Below, in pieces: positions 1 to 11,318 of a stretch of 64,000 nucleotides of DNA. The stretch comes from Minutocellus sp. GHC0000111. Its lineage: Eukaryota. How positions within the stretch are numbered: position 1 is the first letter of the stretch; the number at the start of each line of letters is the position of its first letter. Made by a program: the position numbers and the translations under genes. The notes below the pieces were generated by a model. It did no database searches. It saw only the letters and a program-made list of their open reading frames with translations, and was not told the DNA's origin. Location of the stretch: assembly GCA_977018835.1 (NCBI GenBank), contig OZ361261.1, positions 2,356,001 to 2,420,000 on the forward strand, written 5' to 3'.

Positions 1-260
1 TCCGTGATGCGGTGCGTTTTGCACTGTAATACGCCATTGTTGAACATCTTGGATACCTCTCGCAGCTTGCTCAAATCGTGGAAGGAATCTGAGAACGATG
101 CAATTATTGCCGCAACTTCTGGACCGACATCTGCAAGGCCCACATCTCCGTTGGGCTTTTGCTTCTTCGGAGGGTCCTTCCGCGATGAAGCAGGCAGATC
201 CAATTTGCATGCCGCTGTATCGGCGGACCTCTTCTTCGTACTAGATTCCTTTGGTTCCAT
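1..260 (-). CDS. F-box-like protein, 5' part only (runs off the window start)
   Basis: Hand translation from ATG 260: MEPKESSTKKRSAD...LADVGPEVAAIIASFSDSFHDLSKLREVSKMF, which fits an F-box-like pattern. The frame stays open to position 1. Not in the ORF track. Confidence 0.5.
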   Translation of the reverse strand, partial: MEPKESSTKKRSADTAACKLDLPASSRKDPPKKQKPNGDVGLADVGPEVAAIIASFSDSFHDLSKLREVSKMFNNGVLQCKTHRIT

Positions 261-620
261 GGTTCTTCTTCACTTGAAGTGGCGAAGATATTTTCTGACT
301 GGTTTTTTCGATCGGACTGCATTCGGCAGCGCCATTCAGGAGACATACCGGACGACGGACGGACTGACTCAAGCAAATAAATTCAGCCAAAAACCGACAT
401 CTTGTGTTGAGAGCAAGATACGGCGCTTTGCAGCGTATTCCGATCGCACCAAGGCTCCGAGAAGCCCTGATACTAATACCAACCAAACTCTACAGGCGGA
501 ATACAGTTGCGCGACTTGTTAGCCATTTGAAGCCGAACAGACCAAAACTTTGCAGGTAAATTCCCAGCCGAATTTTTCCCAACGGCAGAAAACCAACGGA
601 CCAATAGTACCCAGGCAGTC

Positions 621-2696
621 ATGTCGACCCCCATTGCCCCCCTGACGCTGGGCGGAGGTGGTGGCGCCGGACCGTCCCCGCCAGGCGGACCGGGCGGTGG
701 CCGGGCGCGCAAGCCCAAGAAGAAGAAGACGCTGGGCATCCGCCCCGGCGGCGGCGCGGCCAAGAAAGCGTCTGCCGATGGTGCCGGCAAGAAGAAGGCG
801 TCGGCGTCGGCTGGTGCCGGCAAGAAGAAGGCAGCGGTGGGCAAGAAGCCGACGGCGGCCAAGGCCAAGAAAAAGGACATTTCGGCCGAGGAAGCAAAGA
901 AGAAGGCAGCTGTTGCGGAGTCCGAGCCCAAAACGGCCGAAAAGGAAGAGAAATCGACCGAAGACGACAACATGCTGGTCGCGGAGGATGCGACCGAAAT
1001 CGATCGTATCGCCAATGAAGCAGCCGCCGCCTCAACCGTGGTGGCCGAAGAGGACAAGGAGGCCGAACAGGCTTCGAAACCAGCTGCCACTACCGGAAGT
1101 GGTACCGGCACCACCAAGCGGCAGCGAGGTGGGCGCAAGTCGACCTCAGGTACCATTGCCATCGGCTCGACGCGCAGTCGGATCGTCCCGGGAGGTTCCG
1201 GTGCTGCCTCAGCCACTGCTGCTGCTGCTTCAGCCATGGTTGATGCAACAAGTGAAAGCGGCGCTGCTGCAGCGGGTGGAGCGATGGTAGCTGCAACAGA
1301 TGGCAGCGGTGGGGGCGCCATGACCCTCGTCGATCCTGGTGCAGCCCTGCCGACCCCTCTCGGCGGCGCAAGTGGTGCCACTGCTGCCGCGGTGGTGGGT
1401 CTTCCAGCTCCGCCAATTGGCGGTGCCAGCGTCGGTGCTGGTCTGATGGAGATACCCCCGCCCAAGGCCGGTGAGAAGACCATGGGAGACTACTGCACCA
1501 AGTTCCGCACTCCGCGGGTGCCCAAGGCCGACAAGCAGGCTGGTGGTAAGAGGTCGTCGAGCGGTGGTGCCAGTGGAGGAAGCGCCAAGAGGCGCAAAAA
1601 GAAGGGAGCTGTGGATGGTGCAGCAGAAGGTGGCAACGAGGACACCGCAGCTGGCGCTGGTACCGGTGGTGAGGGACAAGAGGCAGGCACATCTGCTACT
1701 ACCGAGGATGGTGCCGCCTCGCAGGAGGCCGGTGCCACCGGCACTGGTGCTGGTGCCGACGATGGTCGATCGGGACCTCTTGTCGAGGTCATCAACGGTG
1801 AGATTGTTATTAAGGAGGCCACCCTGACTGTTGGTGCTCGCAGAACAACCCAAGAGATTGACCGGGAGATGGGAGCCGAGGGAGACGAGGCCGCCATCGT
1901 TGAAGAGGCGTCGGGCGTCACCGCCACGTATACCAGTTTCACGGCCCGACAGAGGCCGCAGCATTGGGGCGTCGAGGAAACCCGTACGTTCTACAACGCC
2001 CTTCGTCAGTGCGGCACAGACTTTACTCTGATGACGGGGTTCTTCCCGGCTGGTAATGGGCAGCGGGGACGAACGAGGAGGCAGCTCAAGTCCAAATTCT
2101 TGGCCGAGAATCGTCGCAATCCAAAATTGATTGAGCTGGCCCTGAAGAATCGAATTGCGTTTGATGTGTCGGTATTTGGACCTGGCGCTCAGGAGGCCGT
2201 CCAGAAGGCGAGGGAGGAAGTGGACAATCCCAGTACTGCTTCTGCTCCTACGCCGGCTCCGGCTGCTGCGGCTCCAGTTCCTGCTCCCACGCAAGGAGAC
2301 AATGGTGACAGTGCTACTGGCGGTACCACTAGATCTAATCGATCGAGGGGTAGAAGCGTTCAATTCGCAGATGAAGCACCAATCCAGGAAGCGGGACCCA
2401 CTGGCGACAACAATATTCCCCAAGCGCCGGCAACAGCCGAGAGCACAGCTGCTGTGGAAGTGGAGGAAGCAGCGGCTGTCCCTGCCGTTCCTGCTGCTGT
2501 TCCCGGTGTTGGCCTTCTTGGTGCAAGCAGTGCCGCGTCGGGCAAGCGGGGGGCCAAGTCCAAGGCCAGAGCTCGACCTAGCAAGGCCAAGCCCAAGGGC
2601 AAGCCCAAGCTTCCCACGAGGAATGCGGCGGGCAAGAAGAAGGCCGCCTCGACCAAAAAGAAGAAGGGACCTGCTGTTCAGGTTACCGATGTGTAA
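621..2696 (+). CDS. BDP1: TFIIIB B'' subunit (Bdp1-like), SANT/Myb domain
   Basis: 691-aa ORF with GPLVEVINGEIVI and the SANT-like WGVEETRTFYNALRQCGTDFTLM...RTRRQLKSKFLAENRRNPKLIELAL, embedded in low-complexity sequence. Confidence 0.8.
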   Translation: MSTPIAPLTLGGGGGAGPSPPGGPGGGRARKPKKKKTLGIRPGGGAAKKASADGAGKKKASASAGAGKKKAAVGKKPTAAKAKKKDISAEEAKKKAAVAESEPKTAEKEEKSTEDDNMLVAEDATEIDRIANEAAAASTVVAEEDKEAEQASKPAATTGSGTGTTKRQRGGRKSTSGTIAIGSTRSRIVPGGSGAASATAAAASAMVDATSESGAAAAGGAMVAATDGSGGGAMTLVDPGAALPTPLGGASGATAAAVVGLPAPPIGGASVGAGLMEIPPPKAGEKTMGDYCTKFRTPRVPKADKQAGGKRSSSGGASGGSAKRRKKKGAVDGAAEGGNEDTAAGAGTGGEGQEAGTSATTEDGAASQEAGATGTGAGADDGRSGPLVEVINGEIVIKEATLTVGARRTTQEIDREMGAEGDEAAIVEEASGVTATYTSFTARQRPQHWGVEETRTFYNALRQCGTDFTLMTGFFPAGNGQRGRTRRQLKSKFLAENRRNPKLIELALKNRIAFDVSVFGPGAQEAVQKAREEVDNPSTASAPTPAPAAAAPVPAPTQGDNGDSATGGTTRSNRSRGRSVQFADEAPIQEAGPTGDNNIPQAPATAESTAAVEVEEAAAVPAVPAAVPGVGLLGASSAASGKRGAKSKARARPSKAKPKGKPKLPTRNAAGKKKAASTKKKKGPAVQVTDV

Positions 2697-2950
2697 ATAT
2701 GTTAAATTAAAATCAATTGGGAGCATGAATTGATGTGATGTGCCAGGTTCGGAGAACTTTATCGTCGGCGAAGTAGGGACCTACGTAGCTACGTAGCTCT
2801 AGCGCAGCAGCAACGCAGCCATCGCCAGCCGGCCGGATGACGCGTCACATACCTCGTATGGTGGCGTAGCGTCCCGGCCAGAGCCAACGCCGAAGCCTCG
2901 CTCGAGGGCCACATTCGAGGCCACAATCGAATCCCTACCGCCGGGCCGGC

Positions 2951-4714
2951 ATGATGGTGATAATGATGATGCAGTGGCGTTCTTTGTTGCACCCAACCAC
3001 CCTCATGGTGCTGGTCACATGTTTTGGGCCTCTTGTCCAATCCTTCCAACTGCCAGCACATCCCATCACGATGCCGAGAGGGCAGACTGTGAAAGCATCC
3101 TTCTCGTCCGCCCTTTCGGCCGTGTCTTCGTCGTCATCAGTGGCACATGTGGCGTTGGTATCGGGTTCGGCCGAAAGCGGATACGGCCAAACCAGCCCAG
3201 AACCGAATCCAACCTGGCAGCAAGTGTGCGATCAGCTGGCGTTGCGTCTCCCGCACTTTGCCGGAACTTTGAGCGACGGTAGCGAAACCGACGTCATTCA
3301 AACCAAATCCATCAAGGCGGTCGAGATCAGCCCAGGTGATCTCAAGGGCCAGGACGTCGTCTTGGCCTTGGGTGTTTGCACCCCCGAAGAACAAGCCAGG
3401 CTGGTAGCTGCACTGGATGCTGCACAGGATTCGTTGGTGGCGGTACTGGCCGATCCGACCTGCGGCGAAGAGGCACGCTCAAAGCAAAAGGCTGGCAAGT
3501 ATGTGCAATCATCCGGGATCTCCAACGCTGTTGCCTCCATCATCCCATGGTCGGCAACTGCCACCGGCATGCGAGTCTTGACCAAAACGAACACGCTGCT
3601 CGAACGAAAATCCAGCGAGGACTACATCTTTGCCGTGCTGTTTGCCATCCATGGCCTCGGAGTGACTACAATTGATGCCGTCAAGAGTGATCTCAACCCA
3701 AGCTGGGAGAAGGGACCTTTACGCAACGCGCAGGAATTCAAGAAGATGGCCGACTGCTGCGGACCGCAGATTGTAGCGGCCATATCTGATCCCCAGACCA
3801 AGCGCGCCATTGATTTACTAAATGAAGTGGATCTGCGAGATCAAGTCGGCTCTTACAGAGATATTGTATCAAATGAAACACCCGAGCTTGAGGAATTTAC
3901 CCTCTGCATTTTGCAGCAGAATGATTGCTTCGGCTGTGATGCACCCATCCTCGACAGACCAAAGGTACCAGTGCTAAAGGAGTGGAGAGGCAAACCACTG
4001 GATCAGGAAGCGGCCAAGCAAATTCTCATTGGACATCTGGACCATCCAGACGCTGCAGATTGCTCCAAACGAGAAGACTGGTCGTGGAGGATCGTCGTCG
4101 GCGCAAATCCTGCGTACGACGCCTTTCCCATGCAGCACCAAATTTTCTATCCATCTGGCAAGGGTAAGTCGCTTTGGTATGATCCCGTCTTTTGCGTGGA
4201 GACGTTGGACAACGAGCGCATATGGTGCAAGCGGCATTATCGAGTCACACCGAGGCGGCATTGGTCGGCGGACGAAGCTGGCGCTCCGGAGGGAGCATCG
4301 CCAGGTGCTTGGACTCTGAATACGCTGGACAACGGCATGGTGAGCGAAGAGAAGTGGACGACCGTCGACGCCGCCGATGACCTCAGCTGGGCAGTATTGC
4401 ACTATTCTGGTGCAGCTCGTAGAGCAGGGCAATCTTATGTTGGTGCCTTGCTTTGTACTCCAGATGGGCAGTGGCCGGAAGATTGCAAGTCAGGCGAGGG
4501 ATTGGAACGTATCCGAGCCGCCTTTCGCAGCTGCGATCTCGAGCTGTGGGAGTTATTTGGAGGGACGACAGAGAAAAGTTACATGTGGGCCGACACATAT
4601 ACAAAATGGAAGGAGGACAACCCACCGCCCTTGGACCGTATCGGTGACATATCCATTACAAGCTGGCGTGACAAGGAGCGCAAAAAGGCATCTGCCGAGA
4701 AGCAGAATGCATAG
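2951..4714 (+). CDS. VDR: Violaxanthin de-epoxidase-related (VDR) lipocalin protein with signal/transit peptide
   Basis: WSWRIVVGANPAYDAFPMQHQIFY, LWYDPVF, LDNGMVSEEKW and DDLSWAVLHYSGAARRAGQSYVGALL match VDR motifs. Hydrophobic N-terminus ends in VQS-F. The exact start Met is uncertain. Confidence 0.85.
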   Translation: MMVIMMMQWRSLLHPTTLMVLVTCFGPLVQSFQLPAHPITMPRGQTVKASFSSALSAVSSSSSVAHVALVSGSAESGYGQTSPEPNPTWQQVCDQLALRLPHFAGTLSDGSETDVIQTKSIKAVEISPGDLKGQDVVLALGVCTPEEQARLVAALDAAQDSLVAVLADPTCGEEARSKQKAGKYVQSSGISNAVASIIPWSATATGMRVLTKTNTLLERKSSEDYIFAVLFAIHGLGVTTIDAVKSDLNPSWEKGPLRNAQEFKKMADCCGPQIVAAISDPQTKRAIDLLNEVDLRDQVGSYRDIVSNETPELEEFTLCILQQNDCFGCDAPILDRPKVPVLKEWRGKPLDQEAAKQILIGHLDHPDAADCSKREDWSWRIVVGANPAYDAFPMQHQIFYPSGKGKSLWYDPVFCVETLDNERIWCKRHYRVTPRRHWSADEAGAPEGASPGAWTLNTLDNGMVSEEKWTTVDAADDLSWAVLHYSGAARRAGQSYVGALLCTPDGQWPEDCKSGEGLERIRAAFRSCDLELWELFGGTTEKSYMWADTYTKWKEDNPPPLDRIGDISITSWRDKERKKASAEKQNA

Positions 4715-4786
4715 AGAAGAACCCAATAGCTACATAAGTGAAGTTCATAAGTTATGTATATTTTTACAAGTGATGCTCGACTGTTA

Positions 4787-6354
4787 TCAATCGCAAATTT
4801 GCATCAAGTGCCTCATTGAGGTGATCCTCTCTGACCGACGGAGGCCCTCAGTCTCCAAGAGATTTAGCTCTTTGATTACAGCATCCATGGTCTGGTGTCT
4901 GCATCTCGGATCGACCTCCAACATCTGTTCGATAGTTCGCACAATATTCTCAGGCCTTCCGTAAAAGCTCCTTCGGCCCGGGGCACTAAGTTCGGCCACT
5001 AGGCGCTCTGTATCAAGCTGTACAGTCTTCCGCTTAACAATATCTTCGATGTGTTCAAAAGGACGTTGCCCCGTAATCAATTCATAAAAGGTCACCCCCA
5101 AGGAGAACACATCCGACGTCTCTGAAGCACACAGAGGATCGTGCCAAACTTCTGGCGCGGTGTATCGAGGATCCAATCTATCCTTGGCATCCTTGAGGAT
5201 GGTGGCCTTGTTGCCAGATCGGATTCGGGCGAGGTCAAAATTCACCAGCTTCACTTGTACTTCATCCTCTGCTTCAGTATCTTCATCGTCCCGGTCATCC
5301 GATTTGCACAGAGGTGTCGAAACACCGGGAGTAGAACCAAATCCATCACCGGGAGGCACCACGACGATGGAATGCGGCTTTAAGTCGCGATGAATAATGT
5401 TAGCCTTGTGGCAGTGCTTGAGGCCCTTGGCCACGTGCTCAATAATGAGCCTCTTGTCTTGCCAAGTGAGCTTGGACGAATCCGAGTATCCTCCAAGGTT
5501 CGCCCTTTCTCAAAGTATTCGTGAGGGAGCACAAAGTCGGCCGGATTGGCATCAGAGGCAAAGAAATCGCCGGTTCGGATTATGCATGGATGCGCACTTA
5601 TCAATCTTAATGCCTCCTGGTCATGGAAGATGGCCTGCAGTTGATGTTCCCGCTCATGGGGAGCTGCGTACAGGTCGTGGTGATAGACCTTCAAAATTGT
5701 GCGGGGCCGGGTAGTGATGTATTTGTGGCTTGCAAGAAAGACACTGTGCGAGTCGTACTGACTAATCTTTTCTTCAATGTTGTAGAGTCCAATCTGCTTC
5801 AGCGTCCGCGACGGAGCTGGATTGCTTCCAACGATGGCATCGGAAATATCATCATGCAGCGATGTGATGTTGCGGCATCCATGAGGGAGCTTCGTTGGAT
5901 CTGTCAATCTGCGCATAGCATAGTCAGTGTTGATTTTGAGGACTCGGTCGGCCTGGTCGTCCATAATTCTAATGCCAGCACGAGGGTCCGTGATGAGGAT
6001 TACGGTATCCACATAGACTCGGCTCAGAGCAGCATGCTTTCTCAGACGTGAGGCAAGTATCTTGCTCTTCTTATTGGCCAATGGGATGGGCGAGGGAAAT
6101 GCGTGCCCCGAGTCGAATCGCCACCGATGCTTGTCGCCTCTAATGATACCCGTGAAGTGCTTTACCTCCACATGATAAACGGCATTTCTCCCGAGGACAC
6201 AAATGTCGTACTCATACGGCAGATCTCCAGGTCGAGCACATGCTTCAAAATTGTGAATAATGCGATAGTCTGGTGGTAGATTCTCGGAGAGATACTTGAT
6301 GGCCGCAGCTTCGCTCTCGGTTTCGGGCTTTCCGATGCAGTGAATTTGAGCCAT
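4787..6354 (-). CDS. NERD nuclease domain + Ser/Thr kinase-like (probable pseudokinase) fusion, bacterial-type; one frameshift near 5490
   Basis: NERD motifs SEAAAIKYL..LPPDYRIIHN, EYDICVL..AVYHVEVKHFTGIIRG and SPIPLANKK. Kinase motifs ILKVY, HRDLKPHSI, VKLVNFDLAR, YTAPEV and SDVFSLGVTFYELITGQRPF. ORFs 5380-6408 and 4787-5434 join at TLED/DSSKLTWQDK. Confidence 0.8.
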
Positions 6355-6786
6355 GTTGCTTGCTAAAATGACGAGGGCACCTCTCGTATCTATCTTGTTA
6401 TGTTCCAATTGGATGGAGTTATTATGTGCTGGTGTTTTCTTGTTTACAATGCCGAAACGTGCTCTCTATGAGTGTGGTTATCGGCAATAGGCGGAAACAA
6501 ACCCTCGTTGGCAGCGGCTTGCGCTTGTAATAAACCGCGGTTGTGCCGTTTTTGCTGGCGGCGCTCGTCATGTCATGTAATGCTTTGTCAGGCAACGATT
6601 TTTTGGATGCCAGCTGCCCATTATTGCGCCGTTGGTGTCACTTTGTGACAAATTTTAGTTTTTGAGGGTTGCACAAGCTACGTACCTAGGTACGTTGTGT
6701 GTACCTAGGTACCTAGGTACGACGTAGAAAAGAAAGGGCAGACGTTGCATGTTGACAGCCACAAATTATCCAATCCAAAAGGCAGG

Positions 6787-8733
6787 ATGAACGACGAAAC
6801 CGAAGGCAAGAGGAAGCAGCAGGACAGCACCGGCGCCTCGCCAATTGCCAAGAAATCCAGAGGAGAGGAGGATGATCAGGAGCCCTCTATCATTGACATT
6901 GCCTGGAATCATTACCGCTCATATCTGGATTCGACTGAAGAGGATGAGGAGGGTGGTGACTTCGATGAGCTGCTCGAGGTGATTTCAATTTTAGCAGATA
7001 TCGTGCCATCCCAGCAGCCCATCAATATCAAAGGTGGTGACCTTTCAACTCTAAAAGAGCGCCTCGATAAAAGCTCATCATCGACCGCGGCCAAACTCCA
7101 GACAATCGAGGGGCTCCTGCCGGTCTTGATCAGTATTTGCTATCTACAATTGGGAAGCCATGCCATTGATTTGGCATTCGCCTCCACCGCCGAAGAGGAG
7201 GGAGAAGAGAGCGCACTTGATAAGGCACCAGAAGAGTATCTAACTTTGTCCTTGCTTCATTTCCCGCCAAATGCAGCAGCATTGTCCATGCTTGCCAACT
7301 ATCTTCGGATGAATGCGCTTGCGACAACCCAAGATGTGTGTTATCTTTATGAGAAGGCCGCCAAGCATGCACATAGTATCCGGTCTTTGGCCATTTCATT
7401 CCTAGAAGATGAGGAGGTTGAAGACGAAGCAAAGGAACGGGTCGAGCTTTTGCTGCTGAATGGAGTGTCAGGTTGTGAATTCGAAGGAGGTGATGATGAA
7501 GATGAAGAAGGCGAGGGTGACGTCGTTTCAGACTCCGAGGTTGAGGCCACATCTTCATTCATGGCCGCGCTTTTACTTTCTATTCTGGGAAAACACGACG
7601 AAGCCGCAGTGTACCTGACAAAGTTTGGCGTTACTCACCGCATCCATCCAGACGTATGGCGTGGAGTCAAGACCGTGCATACTGCCAAGCCAAAACAAAT
7701 CGATGCCGCCGATGACTCACCAATTTCAGCTCCTGCATCCTTTCGTTCTACTGAAAAAGGTTCAGGGGGTGTTTTGCCACCGAAGCTTTACAAGGAGCTT
7801 TGCGATGTGTTTCAGCCAAATGTTGTGTACTGGAAGGAGTCGGATTATGACCATCGTGGATATTATTCTTATTTCCTCGACCTCACAAAAGAGATGGAGA
7901 AATCGCCTAGCAACGTCATTGAGGATGTTATTGTCAATCACCTCTTACCTCTCGCCAAGCGCGGACTATCAGCCGAGGAAGGAGAAAAGATTGTTGGTGC
8001 CGAGTGGTGGTGCCACCATCGCCCCATTTCTGCAAATCTCGGCCATAATCTCCATTTTGATACGGACGAAGCTCTGCTTGCGGAGGAGCAATCCATCACT
8101 CATCCAATCATGTCGTCGGTTCTTTACCTTACTGGCGGAACAGATGGCGAGCAGAGCAAGGCAGCGCCGGGAGGCTCTACCATTGTATTTGATCAGAAGC
8201 CAGATGCGAAAGAAATTGCGCCAAAGATTTGGGCTAGCCAGGCACGGAACAATAGCTACATGATCTTTCCTGGCGACATGCTTCACGGGGTTCTTCCTTG
8301 TCCAGGGGGTGAATCCACTGATGCATCGGGACAGTCCAATACTGAAGCAGAACATCGATTGACCTTTATGGTCGGGTTTTGGACTCGCAGAGTGCCGGAT
8401 AAAATGAACGACAGAAGGATTTACGGTCCGTGCGGACCGATGCCTCCTGCAACGGAAGACCATACTTGGGTTCGAGAGATTGCCTCGGGTTACAAAGATG
8501 GCGCCGGCGGTGGCGACGCCTCAAATCAAGATGGTATCGGATCATTTGAACTGCCGTGTATTTCGCCGGCGTGGGAAGTACTGGAGTCTTCGAATGGCGA
8601 GAAGAGAGAAAAAGACGAAAAGGAGAAAGAAGAGTTTTTGCAAATGCCGGGCACTCTTGATCACCGCTTCTTTGTGAGAAATGCCCCGAGATGTTTCTAT
8701 GATAGCCTCATGAATAAGGACGAGTGCTTTTAA
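6787..8733 (+). CDS. 2OG-Fe(II) oxygenase-like protein with helical N-terminal region
   Basis: GAEWWCH, HNLHFDTDE (HxD), HPIMSSVLYL, GGSTIVFDQ, FPGDMLHGV (distal His) and RLTFMVGFW. Confidence 0.7.
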   Translation: MNDETEGKRKQQDSTGASPIAKKSRGEEDDQEPSIIDIAWNHYRSYLDSTEEDEEGGDFDELLEVISILADIVPSQQPINIKGGDLSTLKERLDKSSSSTAAKLQTIEGLLPVLISICYLQLGSHAIDLAFASTAEEEGEESALDKAPEEYLTLSLLHFPPNAAALSMLANYLRMNALATTQDVCYLYEKAAKHAHSIRSLAISFLEDEEVEDEAKERVELLLLNGVSGCEFEGGDDEDEEGEGDVVSDSEVEATSSFMAALLLSILGKHDEAAVYLTKFGVTHRIHPDVWRGVKTVHTAKPKQIDAADDSPISAPASFRSTEKGSGGVLPPKLYKELCDVFQPNVVYWKESDYDHRGYYSYFLDLTKEMEKSPSNVIEDVIVNHLLPLAKRGLSAEEGEKIVGAEWWCHHRPISANLGHNLHFDTDEALLAEEQSITHPIMSSVLYLTGGTDGEQSKAAPGGSTIVFDQKPDAKEIAPKIWASQARNNSYMIFPGDMLHGVLPCPGGESTDASGQSNTEAEHRLTFMVGFWTRRVPDKMNDRRIYGPCGPMPPATEDHTWVREIASGYKDGAGGGDASNQDGIGSFELPCISPAWEVLESSNGEKREKDEKEKEEFLQMPGTLDHRFFVRNAPRCFYDSLMNKDECF

Positions 8734-8949
8734 TTCGACAGCACTTGGGTCTACATATCCAGGGGCGCAAGACATATCAGTGATCCATCTTTGACACTAT
8801 CCAGTTAAAGTATTTCAATCAATTTTAACTAGAAGGGTGAGGTAGTCGCCAATGCTAAACCTGATGCTATTGTATTTCGATCAATTTTAACTTATCAAAT
8901 CTATCGCCCCCTTTGTGATGTGTCCAGAAAGAATCGTTTGTAGCCCGAT

Positions 8950-10831
8950 TTATCGCCTCCCACTGCTCACTCTCTTGGATCGGACATAGGAAATCTTTCG
9001 AACACGATTCATCCCCTTGACCATCAAGTGGGTTATGTCGGCAGCAGTCATATTTCTGGTATCAATCCCATCGATGGCCACAATACGGTCCTTGTGCTGA
9101 AGCATTCCCTTTAGTGGAGATCCCTCCTTGATCCTGTGGATGACAGGTTGGCCGTTGACAGTATCAATCGCCACCCCAAGTTTTCCAGGAGGCGCGTAAC
9201 ATTCATTTCTCATGGTCGCTAGAGTCTCCTCTTCTTCCACATCGTCCATCTCTCCGTATTCCGCTGACAAGGCATCTGTGGGCTTAATGCGAGTATAAGA
9301 TGCCTCCTTGCTCTTCCTGCTCGAAGAACTCGTAGTCGAGGCCACAGACATTTCATCTCTCTTGCTCTTTCCAAGACGCGTCGACAAGTCATAACCAGAA
9401 ATCTTATCCTCGAATGTGAGAGTCTGAACTCCATTCCTGTACCAGGCAGAGTTCTTGTTTCTCTTCTTGGACTTCTTTTCGCTCTTCCGAAGATGCTTCT
9501 TCGTGAACGAGTTGACGGACGGAACGCTGATTCCAGGACTAGCCCCCTTTTGTGATGAAAAGGAGTAGTTGTCTTCGCGACCAATACGTGCAATGCTCTG
9601 AATATTGAATGTATCCTCGGTGGGTTCCTTCGCTACCGTCGGCTTGTAGCGAACTGCCAGCTTTGGATTTTGGGAAATGTTTCGGCGGCTGCGATAAGAA
9701 AGGACAAAAAGTAGAAATAAAATGTGAGGAAGTGCTTCGTCGTGGAAATTTTGTCTGATATACTCATCTTTCTAATGCGCATAAAACTCACCGATGCACA
9801 ATGACAGAAAACAAAACTAGAACAGCAACACCACTGAGAGCAAGCGCGGTGATCCCAACGGCCTTGTTTGTGCCACCATTGCCAGTATTGTCGATTGTCG
9901 AAATTCCAACACCACCACCTGGCATGTGTCCCTTGGTACTGCCACCGGTCCGTACAGCAATCGATGCGAACTCAATGCTCTCAAAGTATGGAGTCCGGCG
10001 TTTCCAGTCTTCGCCACTTTCCTGCTCTTTGAGGATGTCCACCAAATTGATCTCGAACTTATCAAAGACATGCTCGAGCATCTCGGCGAATTCCTCGATG
10101 GATATGATCGGACTGGACCCATCTGTACGATAGTACTGGGCAGTAATCACCGACTCCACCTCCACGGCCATGTTCTTCGAGGAAAGATGACGCTGCATGG
10201 GACTTCGAAGGTTGCGATTTCCTTCTCCATTATCTCCTCGAAAATCATCTCCAGCTCGATTGATCTGGGGTTGAGCCGACCCACCGAGCTCCACCATGCT
10301 CAGTCCTTGTTCAATCACCCCAACGCTTCGAACCGAGATGTCGTATTTGCTCTGTGCGTCAAAGATTTTCTCGAGAAACAGCGTGACGGCCATACTGAGC
10401 ATGGCCTGCCGGGCCGAGTCCATTACTCCATCGACCGGTCCCAGGGTAAGGACGACCGTCGCCGAAAGATACGTCGGCCACTGATCCTTGATGCTTGAGG
10501 GCTGGGAGGGGCTGTCCAACGCCGCCTGGGCCGTGGCCGATTGGTAGTTTTGAGTAGTACCATCCTCGGTGCTGGTAGGGTCCATCATTTGATCGCGCAG
10601 GACCTGTCGCATCTTGGTCGTGACGACGTGCCCATCGAGAGAAGTGTGCGGCTTGAGGGCCTCGTTGTGATACGATAGCATGCGCGCCGAGACCAGTTGC
10701 GTCGAAGTCGGCGACAGGAGAAGGACCGCCGAGAGGATTGCAGCAAACATCTTAGAAATCGCTACCATTGCCAATCCTGGAAATAATGCGCTTGCCGTGA
10801 CCCCTCGCCTCCCACGGTGCACCGCCATCAT
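8950..10831 (-). CDS. Single-pass membrane protein with C-terminal PDZ domain; 2 exons (intron 9791-9689)
   Basis: Signal peptide and TM segment AVGITALALSGVAVLVLFSVIV. Splicing CG|gtgagt...cgcag|C gives an open frame into the PDZ APPGKLGVAIDTVNGQPVIHRIKEGSPL. Start could be 10831 or 10768. Confidence 0.75.
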
Positions 10832-11318
10832 CGTGAAATGCCGGACTGATCCGTGGCCAAAAATTTTTGTTCTGTGAGAAAGTCGAAAGTAGCGGTGAGT
10901 GGAGCTGATCGAATCGAGCACAAGATGTGCTGGAAATCAAGCCAGGCGCTCAACACGGCAGCTAAGACGAGTCAACCTATCCTTCGTCGAGGATGTTGCC
11001 CAACTTTTCTGTTCGCTTGGCTAATATCGAACAAGGAGTGGAGCTTCGAAGCTGGCGTTGAGTTTGGGTGCGCGAGGGTGGCGGTGCGGCCAATGGCCGG
11101 CGTGGCGATGCCGGCTCGCAAATACATGTTCAGGTAAATCTGTACTTTTAGTCTTCCTCGAGCTACGTACGTAGGATACGTACTAGTAGCTACGTAGTAA
11201 GTGCGCTGCTTCTCGGCTCTGCAACGATGGCAAACCAAACGACGGCGCCGGAGTGAGAGGCAGATACCGGTAGATACGCCCACTACTTCACCCAGGCGAC
11301 ACATACCAACACTCCAAC

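Noticed and set aside
473..2726. Long antisense and alternative-frame ORFs over Bdp1 (likewise over CK2 beta and the RT)
   Set aside because: Shadow ORFs of GC-rich, TpA-poor sequence with no domain signal.
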